From Octopus sinensis (Eukaryota), in NCBI RefSeq assembly GCF_006345805.1, contig NC_042998.1, positions 134,354,001-134,418,000 on the forward strand: a stretch of 64,000 nt of DNA, read 5' to 3'. The translations under genes and the position numbers were made by a program. Positions 26,671-39,889 of this stretch are shown one piece after another; within the stretch, counting starts at the first letter, position 1; every line of letters begins with the position of its first letter. Below the pieces are notes generated by a model. It saw only the letters and a program-made list of their open reading frames with translations. It was not told the origin of the DNA and did no database searches.

Positions 26671-26961
26671 ATGGTTTTAATATAATTCTTTATTTTTTAT
26701 ATTTTTAATTCCTCTTTAATATTTCAATATTAGTTGATTTTTTGGAAGCAATCAATAGTGAAAAGTTTTGGTATCTATTATTATCAATATTATTGTTTTT
26801 ATGGGGACTCAACTGTTCACACTGGTATTTTTTAAAAAAATTACTTTCGTATTAATTTCGAATATTGTTTGTTTTGTTTTCCTTTTAACTTTTATTCATT
26901 AGTGAAATAGAGAAAATGTATAACATACACGTACATACATTCACACACATATACACACATG

Positions 26962-27001
<40 letters not shown>

Positions 27002-27110
27002 TTCAGATGAATATGGTACTTAATTTAGATGCACCAGAATTTTGTATGGTGTTATCCATAAAAATCCATGGGGTGATTATAATCAAAATAAGCAACAAGA
27101 ATGACTCCGG

Positions 27111-27203
27111 TAATTTGGTACGATCGTTTCGTACTACATCATCTTATTAAATGTTGTAAGTATTACAACAGATTTAAGATGCTGAGTACTCATCAGCCAA
27201 TTA
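27111..27203 (-). ncRNA. Type I hammerhead ribozyme, complete core, long stem II
   Basis: Minus RNA: UAAUUGG CUGAUGA GUAC-[CAUCUUA/UAAGAUG, UGUUGUA/UACAACA]-GUAC GAAA CGAUCG UA CCAAAUUA. All core nucleotides are canonical; GUA cleavage triplet. Confidence 0.85.
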
Positions 27204-27478
27204 TAGAGGTTTTCCATTAATACAAAAATTTTCAAATCAAGTGGCAACATTATAGAGAAGGTAGATATATAGACAAAGATGTGGATTTAAATTTTAAGAA
27301 CATATGAGGTAGTGGAGTCCCTCCACTGACTGACTAAAATTTGGTTGTTCCAGACTGCTGTAAGGTTGTGAGAGGGAGAAGTAAGTTGAAGGAAGCAATA
27401 AAGATTTTCTAATTGTAGAAATGGGGTAAAGGGGGTTTCAGAACTCCATAAAGGAATTCATGTGGAAGACAGCAAGTG

Positions 27479-27514
<36 letters not shown>

Positions 27515-27523
27515 ATATATATA

Positions 27524-28274
27524 TAAGATGGTATCAAAATGTTCCTGGTCTCAGAATTTCTGCTGCCTTTGGAGTCCAGCCTGGAAGTAATTTTCTCTAA
27601 GTGAGTCATGGACCTTCTGCAATTCACATTTGATTTCAAGAACTGTGCTAAAATGGCGACCTTTGAGCTGCATTTTCATCTTGGGGAAGTGATGGAAGTT
27701 TGCAGGTACTAAATCTGGTGAATAGGGTGGGTGCAGAAATGATACCATGTTGATTTTGGTAATAAATTCATAAGTGAGGAGAGCTCAGTGACATGGTGCA
27801 TTGTGGTTGTGAAGAATGCAATTCTTCGCACTCCACATTTCTGGTCATTTTTGCTAAATCTCCTTCTATAAATACTTCAAAACATTGCAGTAGAAGTCTC
27901 GATGTCGAAAAAACTGATGAGCATGCTCTTGATTGAACTGTGATGCTGTTGTGACACCTTTGATCATGGAGACGAAGGGCTTTTCCTTTGTGACGACTGC
28001 TGCTTTGTCTCAGGTCATACCCGTATATCCTTGGAGTAGACTTCCCAAGCTTAACACTAAATTTCACATTGGCTCTTTATTCTAACTTCCTGTCCATGAC
28101 AAAATTGCAGACTACAGCATACATATGATCACAAAAACACAAATTTCACAATTTATGAAGTAAACACAGCAATGTCACCCAGCACACTGTTGGCTCTCAG
28201 TGCACACGTGACCATGTGCTGCCATCTGTTGGCATGCTACAGAACTAGTCCAGGAACTTTTAGATACCACCTCA
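27524..28274 (-). mobile_element. Internally deleted mariner element inserted in (TA)n
   Basis: TIRs TAAGATGGTATCAAAATGTTCC / GGAACTTTTAGATACCACCTCA flanked by TA; transposase relics KFSVKLGKS and HPPYSPDLVPANFHHFPKMK. Confidence 0.88.
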
Positions 28275-28276
28275 TA

Positions 28277-28335
<59 letters not shown>

Positions 28336-28374
28336 GTATATATATAAAATAAAGGTACTGTCCAGTTCATCTTA

Positions 28375-28650
28375 AGTCAGGACCAGGTACTGCAATGGCT
28401 TAGGGTTCAAAGGCTCGCAGCTCTTCAATGCCTTGCCACACAAATTAAGAAACATACACAATGTGGGTGTGAATGTCTTCATAAAGGAATTGGACATTCT
28501 ACTCTCCACAATACTTGATGAACCAATGGAAGCTATAGATGAGAGCAGCAGTGTCAAACCCCTTCATACACCAAATGTGCCAACAACCAAAGGAAAAGCG
28601 CATACAGGAGTGGTTATATGAAGTCCCACCACCCTTAAGAAATCAACCAA
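28375..28650 (+). mobile_element. CR1/L2-group LINE 3' fragment
   Basis: VRTRYCNGLGFKGSQLFNALPHKLRNIHNVGVNVFIKELDILLSTILDEP. Confidence 0.65.
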
Positions 28651-28741
28651 AGAAGAATCCTATGTAAAAGTGCAAAATCACAGTGTTACTCCACAATGAC
28701 TGAAACAAATAAAAGATTATATATAGAGAGAGAGGGACAGA

Positions 28742-29700
28742 GAGATCATCGTTTAACGTCCGTTTTCCATGCTGGCATGGGTTGGACAGTACAGCTGGGG
28801 TCTGGGAAGCCAGGAGGTTGCACCACGCCCCAATCTGATCTGGCAGTGTTTCTACAGCTGGATGCCCTTCCTAACACCAACCACTCTGAGAGTGTAGTGG
28901 ATGCTTTTTATGTGCCACCAGCACAGGTGCCAGAGGAGCTGGCATTGACCATGATCGGATGGTGATTTTTACATTCCACTGGCACAGAAGCCAGTCAAAG
29001 CGGCACTGGCATTGGCCACGTTCAGGTGGTGCTTTTTATGTGCTACCAGCACAGGGCTCACAACTACAATTTCTATTTGATTTGATTTTGAAATTGCTGA
29101 TGTTGATGTACTTGACTCAAAAGGTCTTCTCAAGTATGGCATGTCGCCCTATGATCCAAGATACTTTTGAGTGGGCTGGTTATGCGACACTGGTGTAGGT
29201 TTAGATCTGTGGGCTCACTTTATTTGCCAAGTCTTCTCAGTCACAGCATACCTCCAGAGGTCTCGATCTTTTGTCATTGCCTCAATGAGGCCCAGTGTTC
29301 GAAGGTCATGCTTCATCACCTCATCCCATGTCTTCCTGAGTCACCCTCTACCCCGGACTCCTTCCACCGTTTGGGAGTGGCACTTCTTCACACAGCTCTC
29401 CTTGTCCATCCACAGTGTATAACCATACCAATGCAAATGTCTCTCTTGCACGCCACATCTGATGCTTCTTACGTCTAACATTTCTCTCAGGGTGCTTACA
29501 CTCTGTCGTGTGTGCACACTGATATTTCACATCCAGCAGATCATGCTAACTTCATTTCTTTTGAGCCTAAGCATGTCTTCAGCCCATGTTTCACTGCCAT
29601 GAAGCATGGCAGTTCACACACATGCATCATACAATCTACCTTTCACTCTAAAATGTCTCATACCCATTATAGTGGTGGTAGAGAGAGGAAAAAGCACTCT
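28742..29700 (-). mobile_element. RTE LINE 3' end with 3' UTR and (GAT)n tail
   Basis: VKGRLYDACV..AMLHGSETWA..WYG..RKTWDEVMKHDLRTLGL..DRDLWRYAV, followed by the common tail ...GGACGTTAAACGATGAT. Confidence 0.85.
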
Positions 29701-30689
29701 TGTGGACCAGCAGTTGGAGCAATGTCTGTTAGTGATAGAATGTTAGGCATTAGAGTGGCTCTCCTCTGAATGCAGTCCAGGATGTTTGTATGCATAGCAA
29801 AAGCACTGTTAGATACCAAGAGAATTCTTCAGAGAAAGCTTGCGCCTTTTCATTTAGTGTCCCTCTGTTATGATGGCTAGTGGAGGGTTCACCATACAGC
29901 ATAATCTTGAGCTAGTAATAATCTGTCATCTTGGATATCTGTTCTGCCCAACATAGTTGTGATTTAATGCAGATGGTTCATCTCTTCAATTAAGATTTAT
30001 AGATTACCAACAACTGTTGGGAGCTAAAATATTTTCTAACTCTGAAGAGAAACCTCAGTCTTTGGGATGCTGTTCTAGCTATGCTAGGGAAGCTTATCAG
30101 TGATAATGCAGCCCAGCATTTGGAGCACTCGTGAGAGTTCTGATTAAATACTAGTCAGATTTAAGGGATGTAATGTAGTTGTGTTTTCATGAAATTAGTA
30201 GTAGTTGAGTTGTTCTTTTTCTGCTGTTAAGAGACAGAGTTAGTGCCACCTCACAGAAGGATACTCTCAAGCTCTTGTGAAATCAATGCAGGTTTGATAT
30301 GTGAATGATGCATAGTTAGGGAAGGCCCAGGAGGAATGATGGGTTGTGTCCACTGCATACGAAATGGTTGTAAGTATATCTTAAAATAAATTTTCACAAA
30401 GTCAGAGAAAAAAACGTGGTCAGTATTACAGAGGGAGAAAGAAGGAAACAGTGAAAGGGATGGATTATCTCTTTTCTAAATAAAATGCCATAGAGGAAAG
30501 CATGAAGAAAGAAAGCCAGTTATGCACAGGGTGATATAGAGTAAGAACAACTGAGACAAAGAGCAAATATACACAGTTTGTTGTGTTAAGGTCAAGTGCT
30601 CAATGGCAAAATATAGGTAAAATCCTGATCATAGCTTGGCTTCAACTGCAGGCTTGCTAGTGGCTGACAAGACCAAGAATTAACTGGCA

Positions 30690-31920
30690 AGCCCAGCTGC
30701 AAGGGAAATACTCAGAAGCTCAGCCTTCTATATGTTCTAGAAAGAGACAGGCTAATGAATGCTTTGTGGTTGAGTGTCCTGGTTAGAGGCTATAGTAGAC
30801 CCTGGTGACTGTCAATGAGACAGACGCCAAGAGAATTCTTCAGAAAATGCATTTTCTTTTTAGTCCCTCTCTGTTATGATGGCTAGTGGAGAGAGCACCA
30901 TACAGTGCAATCTTGAGATAGTAATAATCTGTCATCTTGGATATCCGTTCTGCCCAGCATAGTTGTGACCTGATGCATGTGTTTCATCCCTTCAAAGACT
31001 TCAATGTTGTTAAAAAAAATCACTCTAGTGGATGTTGAAGATAGTGCAGAGATGTTACTTGTGTAAAAGCTCAAGTGGTCCATAGGTAACTCATGACTTT
31101 GTACACACTGATCTATGTGCTTTTTTTGATATACTTGTTCTGGGTACTTGTACAATCTGCCAACCTTTCATTGATAGTGGCATCTGACCGAAACACCTCA
31201 AGTTAAACTGGTGAACTGTCTTACTAATGGTGATAACCTTCTTCAGATGTCAGCTGATTGAAGATATGTCTTCTTCCAGTTGGAAAAGCTCAGTAGTCAC
31301 TGTGAAACAAGAGTTTATACATTGCAGGGTTGACTCTGTGTGGGAAACCAGTAAAGCATTGCTGCTCAAGAGGAGCTATTGGATGAATTGTTCTAGTGTC
31401 TTGCTGTGAAACTGTAGTTACTTCAAGTTGAAAAAACAACTTTGTGCATTATCAGATATAGTGGCCCTTCTCATTGAAATCTACTGTGTCCAATATGAGC
31501 ATCATACTGAAGAATAGAATATAGTGAAGTAAGTAGGCATGAGGATGCATCCTGATTTACATTGTTTCCCATTGAGAAGGATTTGGAAAGATCATTGTTG
31601 TGTCTAACTTGTTCACATTAATCCCTATGTAACTGAATGACCATAATATGGAATTGGTAGGGAGTATGCCAGTCATTCCATGGCTTTTCACTGAACAAAA
31701 GACTATACACAGTGTTTGTTTGTAGACCTTAGCAAAAAGATAAGAGAAAATAATTCATTGTTCAACTCATACTGGTATGCCTTAGAAACAAGATCTACAA
31801 CTTCAGCAAGTTGCTAAATTTGAACATGGCTTTGTAAAATAAATATTTTTAGTGGAAGCTGCTTGGAGAGAGTGTGAGTCCAATATGAGTAGCATGTAAG
31901 GAAGATGGTTAAAATTGATG
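30690..31920 (-). mobile_element. RTE (BovB-like) reverse transcriptase fragment; partial second copy at about 29810-29965
   Basis: QGCILMPTYFTIF, SDATI, ISVYK, LCTIFNIH, KIALYG motifs; heavily decayed. Confidence 0.7.
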
Positions 31921-32159
31921 AGTTAATAATCTCTTAGCACACATAGGCACCCCTGAAAAATGGGTGGAGGTAGGTAACATTTACTAGCAACCAAATTTGA
32001 AAACAGCCTATATGCTTTTTAAGATAAATTTTCACAGAAGCCTTTAAGAGAGAGGGGGAGAATGAGAGAAATAGAGGATATATATATCCATGTCAACATG
32101 GAAGGCATACATTAAGTGATGATGATATATATATATATATACATATCGCTACTTTTATC

Positions 32160-32665
32160 TTGGTGACCAAGTCAGCAGTAGAGGTGGCTGCTAGAATAAG
32201 AACAAGCTGGGAAAAGTTCAGAGAGCTTCTTTATTTGTTGGTTACAAAAGGCCTCTCCCTCAAAGTGAAAGATTGTATGATGCTTGTGTGCATGTACAGC
32301 AGTAAGTATGTGTCTTGGAAGAAAAGTTGAGCACAGGGCATCAGATGTGGTATGTAAGAGAGATGACTGCACTGAATGGTTATGATGCATATGGACGAAG
32401 ACAGCTGTGTAAAGAAGTGCTGATCTCTAACTGGAAGAGGTAGACCCAGAAGACCTGGGACAAGGTGGTGAAGCATGATCTTTGAATGTTTGGCCTCACA
32501 GACGTGATGACAAGTGACCAAGAACTTTGGCATTAGGAAGGGCAACTAACCATAGAAACCATGCCAAATCAGACTGGAACTTGGGGCAGCTCTCTGGCTT
32601 ACCAGTTCCAGTCAAACCATCTAACCCATTCCAGCATGGAAAGTGGATGTTAAATGATGACAGTG
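32160..32665 (+). mobile_element. RTE LINE 3' fragment with tail
   Basis: VAARIRTSWEKFRELL..LYDACV..GRPRRPGTRW plus the same (GAT)-tailed 3' UTR. Confidence 0.75.
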
Positions 32666-33439
32666 ATATATATATATATACAATTTTCAGCAATTAGGGT
32701 CAAGGGCTTTAATTACAGGTAACATAAGGAGATAATAAAGTAGCAGGTAAGAGAAAACATTAGCATTTCCAATAAATAGGGATACATGCAATATTCATGA
32801 ACCACTAAATTTGAATATGATGTACCTCCATCATGAATTAAATTTTCTCTGAGGAAGCTATTATGAGAAAAACAAAAAAAGTGAGAACTTATCTATACAA
32901 TTTAACACATTTAAAGACGAAGGTTTAACCTTGAAAATAATGGTAACCTAGAGAGATCATAATTAATCACTCAGCTGATACAGGCATACATGGGTATCTC
33001 CAAGAAATGAGAAGATAAACCACATTTGTGTGTTGTGAAATTGGAATATGGCATACCTCCATTGTAAAACATTCACAGAGGTAGAGAGCAAAATACACAA
33101 TAATATAAGGGGAGAGAGAGAGGGCAAGAGACTTGGCACACCTCTGTAGTAAAATTAATCAAATTTCATAGAACAAGCTTCTAAGAGAAAAAGAAAAGCA
33201 TACACAGTTTGGTATAAGGAGAAAGAGAGAAAGAACGACATTTCTTAAAAGAAATTACTACTGAGGAAATAACAGATATGCACAATGGGACATTGTTAAG
33301 GAAATGGCCTAGGTTAATGTGCTGAAAATAAGTAGGAACTCCAATTACACCGACTACATCTCTCGTGTCCATAATGTAAGTATAGGTAGGCTTATAGAGA
33401 GGGCAAATACACTAAGAGCTCATCAGAAATAGACTCTCT

Positions 33440-34030
33440 TCAATGCTCATTTGACTCACTGAAAGTAGTCAATAGCTTCCATGTCGTCGGTGATCAAATT
33501 AGCAAGGAAGGTAAATGTTCAGGATTCATAGTAAGAGTAAAAAGAGTTTGTAAAAGTTCAGGAAACTATTACTTTGCTGGTAACAAAGGTCTTCTAGTAT
33601 GATGTATGTGTTAGAACTGTAATACTGCATGGTATTGAGACATAGCCCTTCAATGCAGAAGACTCAAAGACAAGAAAGAAACAAAGCGAAAAGGCTTTGA
33701 TAGAAGTGCAATGTTAGTTTGTATGAACGTCAGAGTACAGATTAGCAGAGAGAAATACTGAGAATAAGAGGAATCAGGTTTGGTGCACAAGAGAGAAGGC
33801 TGCCCAGGTAGAGGTATGTGATGTATATGGAGGGTGACTGCTGCATAAGAAAATGCCAAGCACAGAAAGTAAATGGAACCTGTAGAAGAGAGAGAGAGAG
33901 AGACAATGAACGCTTGGGATAAAGTGATGGTTGACCTGAAGATTCTACATTGCATGGAGGAGATTGGCAAAGAACCATAATGATAGTGATATGTGATACC
34001 ACAGAATGCTTGACCAACCATGACAAAATG
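33440..34030 (+). mobile_element. Decayed RTE LINE fragment
   Basis: KGLL.YDVCVRTVILHGIET..IRGIRFGAQERR..WDKV. Confidence 0.65.
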
Positions 34031-35179
34031 TATCCTGACATAAGGATAGTGTTTAGAGGCTGAGATATTTTGTAACCTGCCAAACTTACCTTTTCAGATC
34101 TCTCATATTGCATTCTTGACCTCCTCCCTTTCAACAAACTATTACTTGCCTACCTTTCACCCAGTTTATTATCATTCACAACCCTCAGTCTTTCATCTTC
34201 TCACCACATCATTCTCATCATTCTGATTCTCTTGCTTTTATATAGGAAATCACATCAGACTATCTTCATCTCCCTATCCAATACCCACCTTAAGTTTACC
34301 CTGCTCTACTGGTAACCATCCCTTTCTCTTCTCTGAACCTCTTTTGTTGTCACTCATCACCGTATGTTTTACCTTATCTCCCACTTCTGCTGTTGCCAAT
34401 CACTCACCTCTCGAATGCACCCCAAATAACTCTTCCATTTTTCCATCATATTTTTGCACCTTTTTCTCATCCATTCTAGTCCTTTTGATGTCATTGTTCT
34501 CACTCCTATTCCTCTCCTCAGTTACAAAAACAAATGTACCTACCCAGAATTATTGAGTACCCACTACATTTACACTCTTACCCCTCTCAACCACCCATTG
34601 CTGGCCTCTCTAATGTCATCACACCCTTTCCTATTCCCTACAGTGACTCCCAATAAGAAATAATTTGAACTGTGACAATGAATATATATATATATATATA
34701 TATATATTCATGCATACATCCTTTTTGGTTGACCATATTTTTCAGTGATATCAACATACATGCTAGCATCTACCTACTCCCTTCCTTGGCTCCTCTTGTA
34801 TGTTTTGCATATTCACCAATTCAATGTACATACCTCCCTCCCTCTGCTCTTCATATCTCTGACCCTTTCATTTTCTTATTGATATCTTACATCAGAAATT
34901 TTAAGAGAGTAACTTTTTGCTGATGCAAACCACTAGATTCTACTGTTTAACTATTTGGTATGGATTTCTTATCTACCACAACTACTCTTGGATTTAACTT
35001 CTAGTAGATAAGGTAAAATGTTCGTATGCATCTTTGAGATAACTAGAAATAGACCATCAGGTGAACGTGAAGGTAGAAGCTCAAAAGGAGTCAGATGTTA
35101 TATACAATATTTAACAAAAGCTTGATGTAAAAGTAAAATTCAGCAGCCATATTGCAAAAACATTAAAATTTGCAATGTC

Positions 35180-35560
35180 TACAAGAGGAAACAATATGTG
35201 AGAACAAAGACAAAATAAGGTCAAGAGAACAAGCAGTTACTTCATTAAATCCCTAGAAATTTTGTAGATCTGATGGCCAAAGGGAAATGGCTCTTAAGTA
35301 GGTGGATCAACAGTCAGACAGGGAGTAATGAGCTGATAAATGTTAATGCTCAAGGGAAAGCTAAAAGTTTGTATGATGATAGTGCCACTTCTAACAATTT
35401 CTAATACAAAACTTATAATACTTCCAAAAATTGTCTGATGTTTCTTGCAGGAGAAAATGCTACTGGTGATATGAAATTAAAGTCCTTCCTTGTATATCAC
35501 TTCCAAAAACTGATGTCTTTCAAAGATTATTTCTAGTTTAATATAACTGTGATCTTGTTG
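35180..35560 (+). mobile_element. pogo/Tigger transposase fragment
   Basis: WINSQT..AQGKAKSLY and GENATGDMKLKSFLVYH resemble the CENP-B HTH and the GNAAGDFKLKPLLVYH motif. Confidence 0.6.
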
Positions 35561-35868
35561 GTTGGAGAACTTAGAGCACTTTTCAAGACTTCTTTTTTTT
35601 TTTTGCCTTGCTGTTGAAAGGTACATTACCATCCAGCTTACTTAAATGATCTTTCTGATAAGCTAAGAGATAAAGTAAGGAGGATAAACTTTCAGTCAGA
35701 GATTTATAGAGAAGGTTCAATATTTTGGTTGCAGTTGTAGGAATATGACTGTATGTGAGGAGGTTGGTGACAGGTCTCCTTTGTAAGCCACACGGTTGCA
35801 TACCTAACAAAATTAAGATAAGCCATAATACAATTTATAAAATACAGTGCCAACAGAATATAAATGAA

Positions 35869-36636
35869 TGAGGACAAGCCATTCCACGGTTTGAGAGAAG
35901 ATAAGATTTTATTTACAAGGTGTTAAGGTTTGAGGGTTGTGAGTGCTAGCCAGTGTTGTGTGTATGTGTGCATGCAACAAGTGTTTGTGTATGTGTGTTC
36001 GTGTGTGTTATAAGAGTGAACATAGAGAACAAATAGAAATGTCTAGAAACAAGATAGAGATGAATACCAGTTCGTAAGGTACACAATAGCAGTTCGTTCT
36101 GTGTCAATGAAGTTGGGGCAAAGAGGAGAGCAGTTACTATGCGTGTAGAAGTTGGGGCTTCGATCCATTTGCCAGGTTACATCAGTACAGAAGATCTCGC
36201 CAGTGGAGTTGTGCTGTTAACCTTGGTGTGTCTACACGAACAGTGTGTAAGCTAAACTTGAGCGAGTTGCTGTGTACATATCGTTGAGGTCGACGGTGGT
36301 GGTGGCGATGGTAGAGAACGGCGACAGTGGTGGAGACGTCCTGCGTTGCTGGTGTATGTTGGCGTCGTTGCTGGCTGTTGCAGGAACATGGCTGGTGTGG
36401 TCGTCGCTGGAACTGGCTGCTCTGTGGTGGTGTGGTCAATGGCTGAAGACCAAAGACCAGGAATGGTAAATTCTGAGGCATTTTAAAGCATTCTAGAGGC
36501 TCCAGAAGAACATCTAAAAGACTGTGTCATGTGACCTTATCCTAAGGCTGTGATTAGTTGGCTTTGGGCACTGGTGTGAAATAAAGTAGAGACAAACTGC
36601 GCCACATGTCAACCAATCAGATCAATGGACACAACA
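35869..36636 (-). mobile_element. Probable solo LTR (768 bp)
   Basis: Minus strand begins TGTTGTG and ends ...CCTCA; 4-bp TGAA on both flanks; contains CCAAT, GTCACATGAC, a TTTAAAA TATA-like motif and AATAAA near the 3' end; GC-richer than the flanks. Confidence 0.5.
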
Positions 36637-38249
36637 TGAACAACCCAGTCAAAGATGGCTGTAATCTCAAATGAGATCATTCCTGTTGTGTCTCTCAAAC
36701 AGTGAGGATATCAGCTACCGCTACACAGTGAATAACATTACTTAGTCATGAGATGAAGTGAAATTCTTAGCTATGAATGGTATTTGGTAAAACATATGGT
36801 CACACTGTATCTGTGATGTCATGGGCTTCCAACAACAGAAAGTTTATGTCAAGTTCAGCAGGATATTGTGATACTGGCAAATGCTGTTGGATTTGAGGAA
36901 TTCTAGAGATTCGTCTCTAGGGCTATCTTTCCTTTAGTCAATCTTACCATTAGGGCTATCTTTCCATTAGACAAACTTACCAAGCAATTGAACTAAATGT
37001 CTCAGCATTTCCATTTGCTTCAATCATCTAGATTGTCCTTGGAGAATAATAATTGATCATGACAGTGTGCACAACAATTGCTATAATCTTAATAATAAAA
37101 TAATAATAATCATTATCGGTGAGCTGGCAGACAAAATGTTTTGTGGCATTTCATCCATTTTTATGTCCTGAGCTGAAATTCTGTCATGGTCAAGTTTGTC
37201 TTTCCTTCCCATGAGGGATGATAAAATAAGTACCCACATGAGCTCTGAGGTCCTTGTAATTGATTAGTCCCCTCTCCACACAATTTCAGGCTTGTGCCTA
37301 TAGTAGAAAGGATTATAACTGTTGTTGTTATAATGTTTTATTGTGGTAATTGTTATTTTTTGATTGTGTGTATATCAGTAAATAAATATATACACACACA
37401 CGCACACGCCAATACAACACAATCCTCCAAAAGAAATGTAAAATAGCAAAAAATATGACACCTGCTTTAAACAGAAACAAATTTATAATATAGATTCTGC
37501 AAGTTGAGCAATGTATAGACACTCTAGATTGTAATATAACTAACGCTGATCTATTTGCATTCAATTATTACTTGAAAATTAGTTAGCCGTGGTGCATTTA
37601 TGGTTTTGTGGTTAAGAAGGTCACTTCACAACTTAGTAGTTTCAGGTTCAATGCCACAGCACAGCATCTTGAGTCAATGGAAAGCTTATGAGTAAAATTT
37701 GATAGAAAGAACAGAGTGGATGCCAATCTGAGGGACCCTTCCTGTCCTTGTGAAGTCCAGTTTAGCATCATCATTTGATTCTTAGATGCTTTCATAAGAG
37801 TGCACTCTGTTATAAGCATTTGGCCCAGGTCTCCAGTCTGAGAATAACATCATTCCTTGTTTTAGAGATACCTCAGAAAGAGTAATGGATACTGCCTTTC
37901 CACCTTGATTAAACCTTTAAAAATATATAAGAAAATTAGAGGTCAAACTCCAGTGCAAGTCACAGAATGAACTGTAGACTTTATGAGAATCAAATCAGTA
38001 GTGACGCATATATATTTCTCTTGTCTACAAAGTATATTGAAAAGAGAACTATTTAAAAAATAGATTTTTTAAAGTATTATTTTTGTTCAAATAAGCATGT
38101 CTAGATTCAGCAATGATGAAGTATGTGATCCATAAGAAAGTGTAGGAATTCACAGACACTAATATACCATATACATCTTCACATCTATATGTGTCTGTAC
38201 ATGAAATGTACATAATGTTGTTGAGTGGGTAATAGATTTCGCAATCTGT

Positions 38250-39889
38250 TTAAGAATGCCAGCTTCAAATCCACAGCTGACACTTCATTGTGTTTTAGAG
38301 CAGAACTGCTTCTTTTATCTCTTGGCAATATCTACCAGATCAACTGAAAATGTCATTTATGAAACACCACTACACTATTCAAATGAAAATTTGTCTTTTG
38401 AGTGTTTTTTGCATCTCCATCATTCAGCAAGTCAATGAACTGTTCTTGAATGACATAATCTTCTGATGGAAGGAAAACAACAGAGATTGCAAAGGGATTG
38501 GTGATGAAAGGAACTTTTACAAAGTTTTGTAGGTCAGGGAAGTATCTTTGAATTTCAGCATGAAGAATTGAGACATGCTGTTTCATTATATCAAGAATGT
38601 CAGTATCAACTCAAAGGTCATCTTCATCAAGGAAAGTATTGAGGTTCGGAAATGGTGCAAAATTCTCACATTCCAATTTAGAATGCCACAAATGGAGCTT
38701 CATTTTAAATGCAGTCATTTTTTTTCCTGACAGTGGACAATGGCGATATCCTTTCCTTTTAGTGCTAAGTTAACAGAATTAACTGATTCAAAAATGTTGA
38801 CCGAAAAGGAGAAACAGATAATGAACCGAGTATTGTAAAGAATTGTAGAACGATGACTCTTTTCAGTACTCTCCCCTTGGATAACCACCTCACATAAGAG
38901 TACAGTAAAGGTGTTTGAAAATAGGAGCCATTGTCCTTGCACAAAACAGCAAAAAGACGCAAGTTTAGAGAATTGGCTTTGACAAAATTTACTGCTTTGA
39001 CCACATCATTCAAAACATTCTTCAATTGGTCAGGCATTGTTTTAATCATCAATGCTTAGTGATGAAGTGTACAGTGCATACCAATTCTGTAAGGAGACTT
39101 CTCCTTCACCATTGTCTGAAAGCCAGTGTGGCAACCAAATATTGCTGGAGCACCGTTGGTGCACATGCCAACAACATGCTCCTAGTTTAAGCCATGCATG
39201 TTAAAGAACTGATCCACTTTCTGGAATATATAGTTTGTAGTGGTTTGGGTGTTGAGGCTTTCGCAAAATAGGAATTCATCTTACAGGCACTTGTTATGCA
39301 CATAACATACATAAACACAAAGTTGTGCTAAATCTGCCACATCAGAGGTTTCATCAATTTGGATGGCAACATAGTTAAACATTGATGTTTTTATCTTTGA
39401 GATTACCTGAGACAAAATATTATCAGACATCTCAGCGATTCATTGACAGACGGTGTTGTTGGAAAGTGAAACATGTTTAAGCTTCTATAGTTCAGACATT
39501 CCAAGCACAAGTAAGATTATATTTTTGCAGTAAGGAAGAATTAAATGCCCTCCAATGTTATGAGGTTTTTTTGTAGCAGCAATTTTCCTTGAAACCTCGT
39601 ACGTGAGTTTCAGACCAGCTACAACGTCCTGCATACACATTCCTGTGTCATCAAGCCTGGATTTGACCAATCTGTCAGCTTGAGATCTGAAAAGTTCCTC
39701 GTCTTTGTTGACTGCACTGGAATGTTTTGTTTCCAAATGCCTCTTTAGCCTGCTGGGCTTCAGTGAAAACGCTGCCAATACCTCAGCGCATAGAACACAC
39801 TGTTGTTTTTCTATTCTACCACCAGTAAGCACAGTGAAACTGAAGTTCAAATATGACTCATCATATCTCTTTTTCTTTGTAAAAGACAT
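38250..39889 (-). mobile_element. hAT Buster/ZBED5-like transposase pseudogene
   Basis: BED finger (RYDESYLNFSF..CVLCAEVL..LKPSRLKRHLETKH), AIQIDETSD, CTNGAPA (catalytic D changed to N), HCTLHH, WLSKGRVLKR. Several stops and frameshifts; TIRs not found. Confidence 0.9.
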
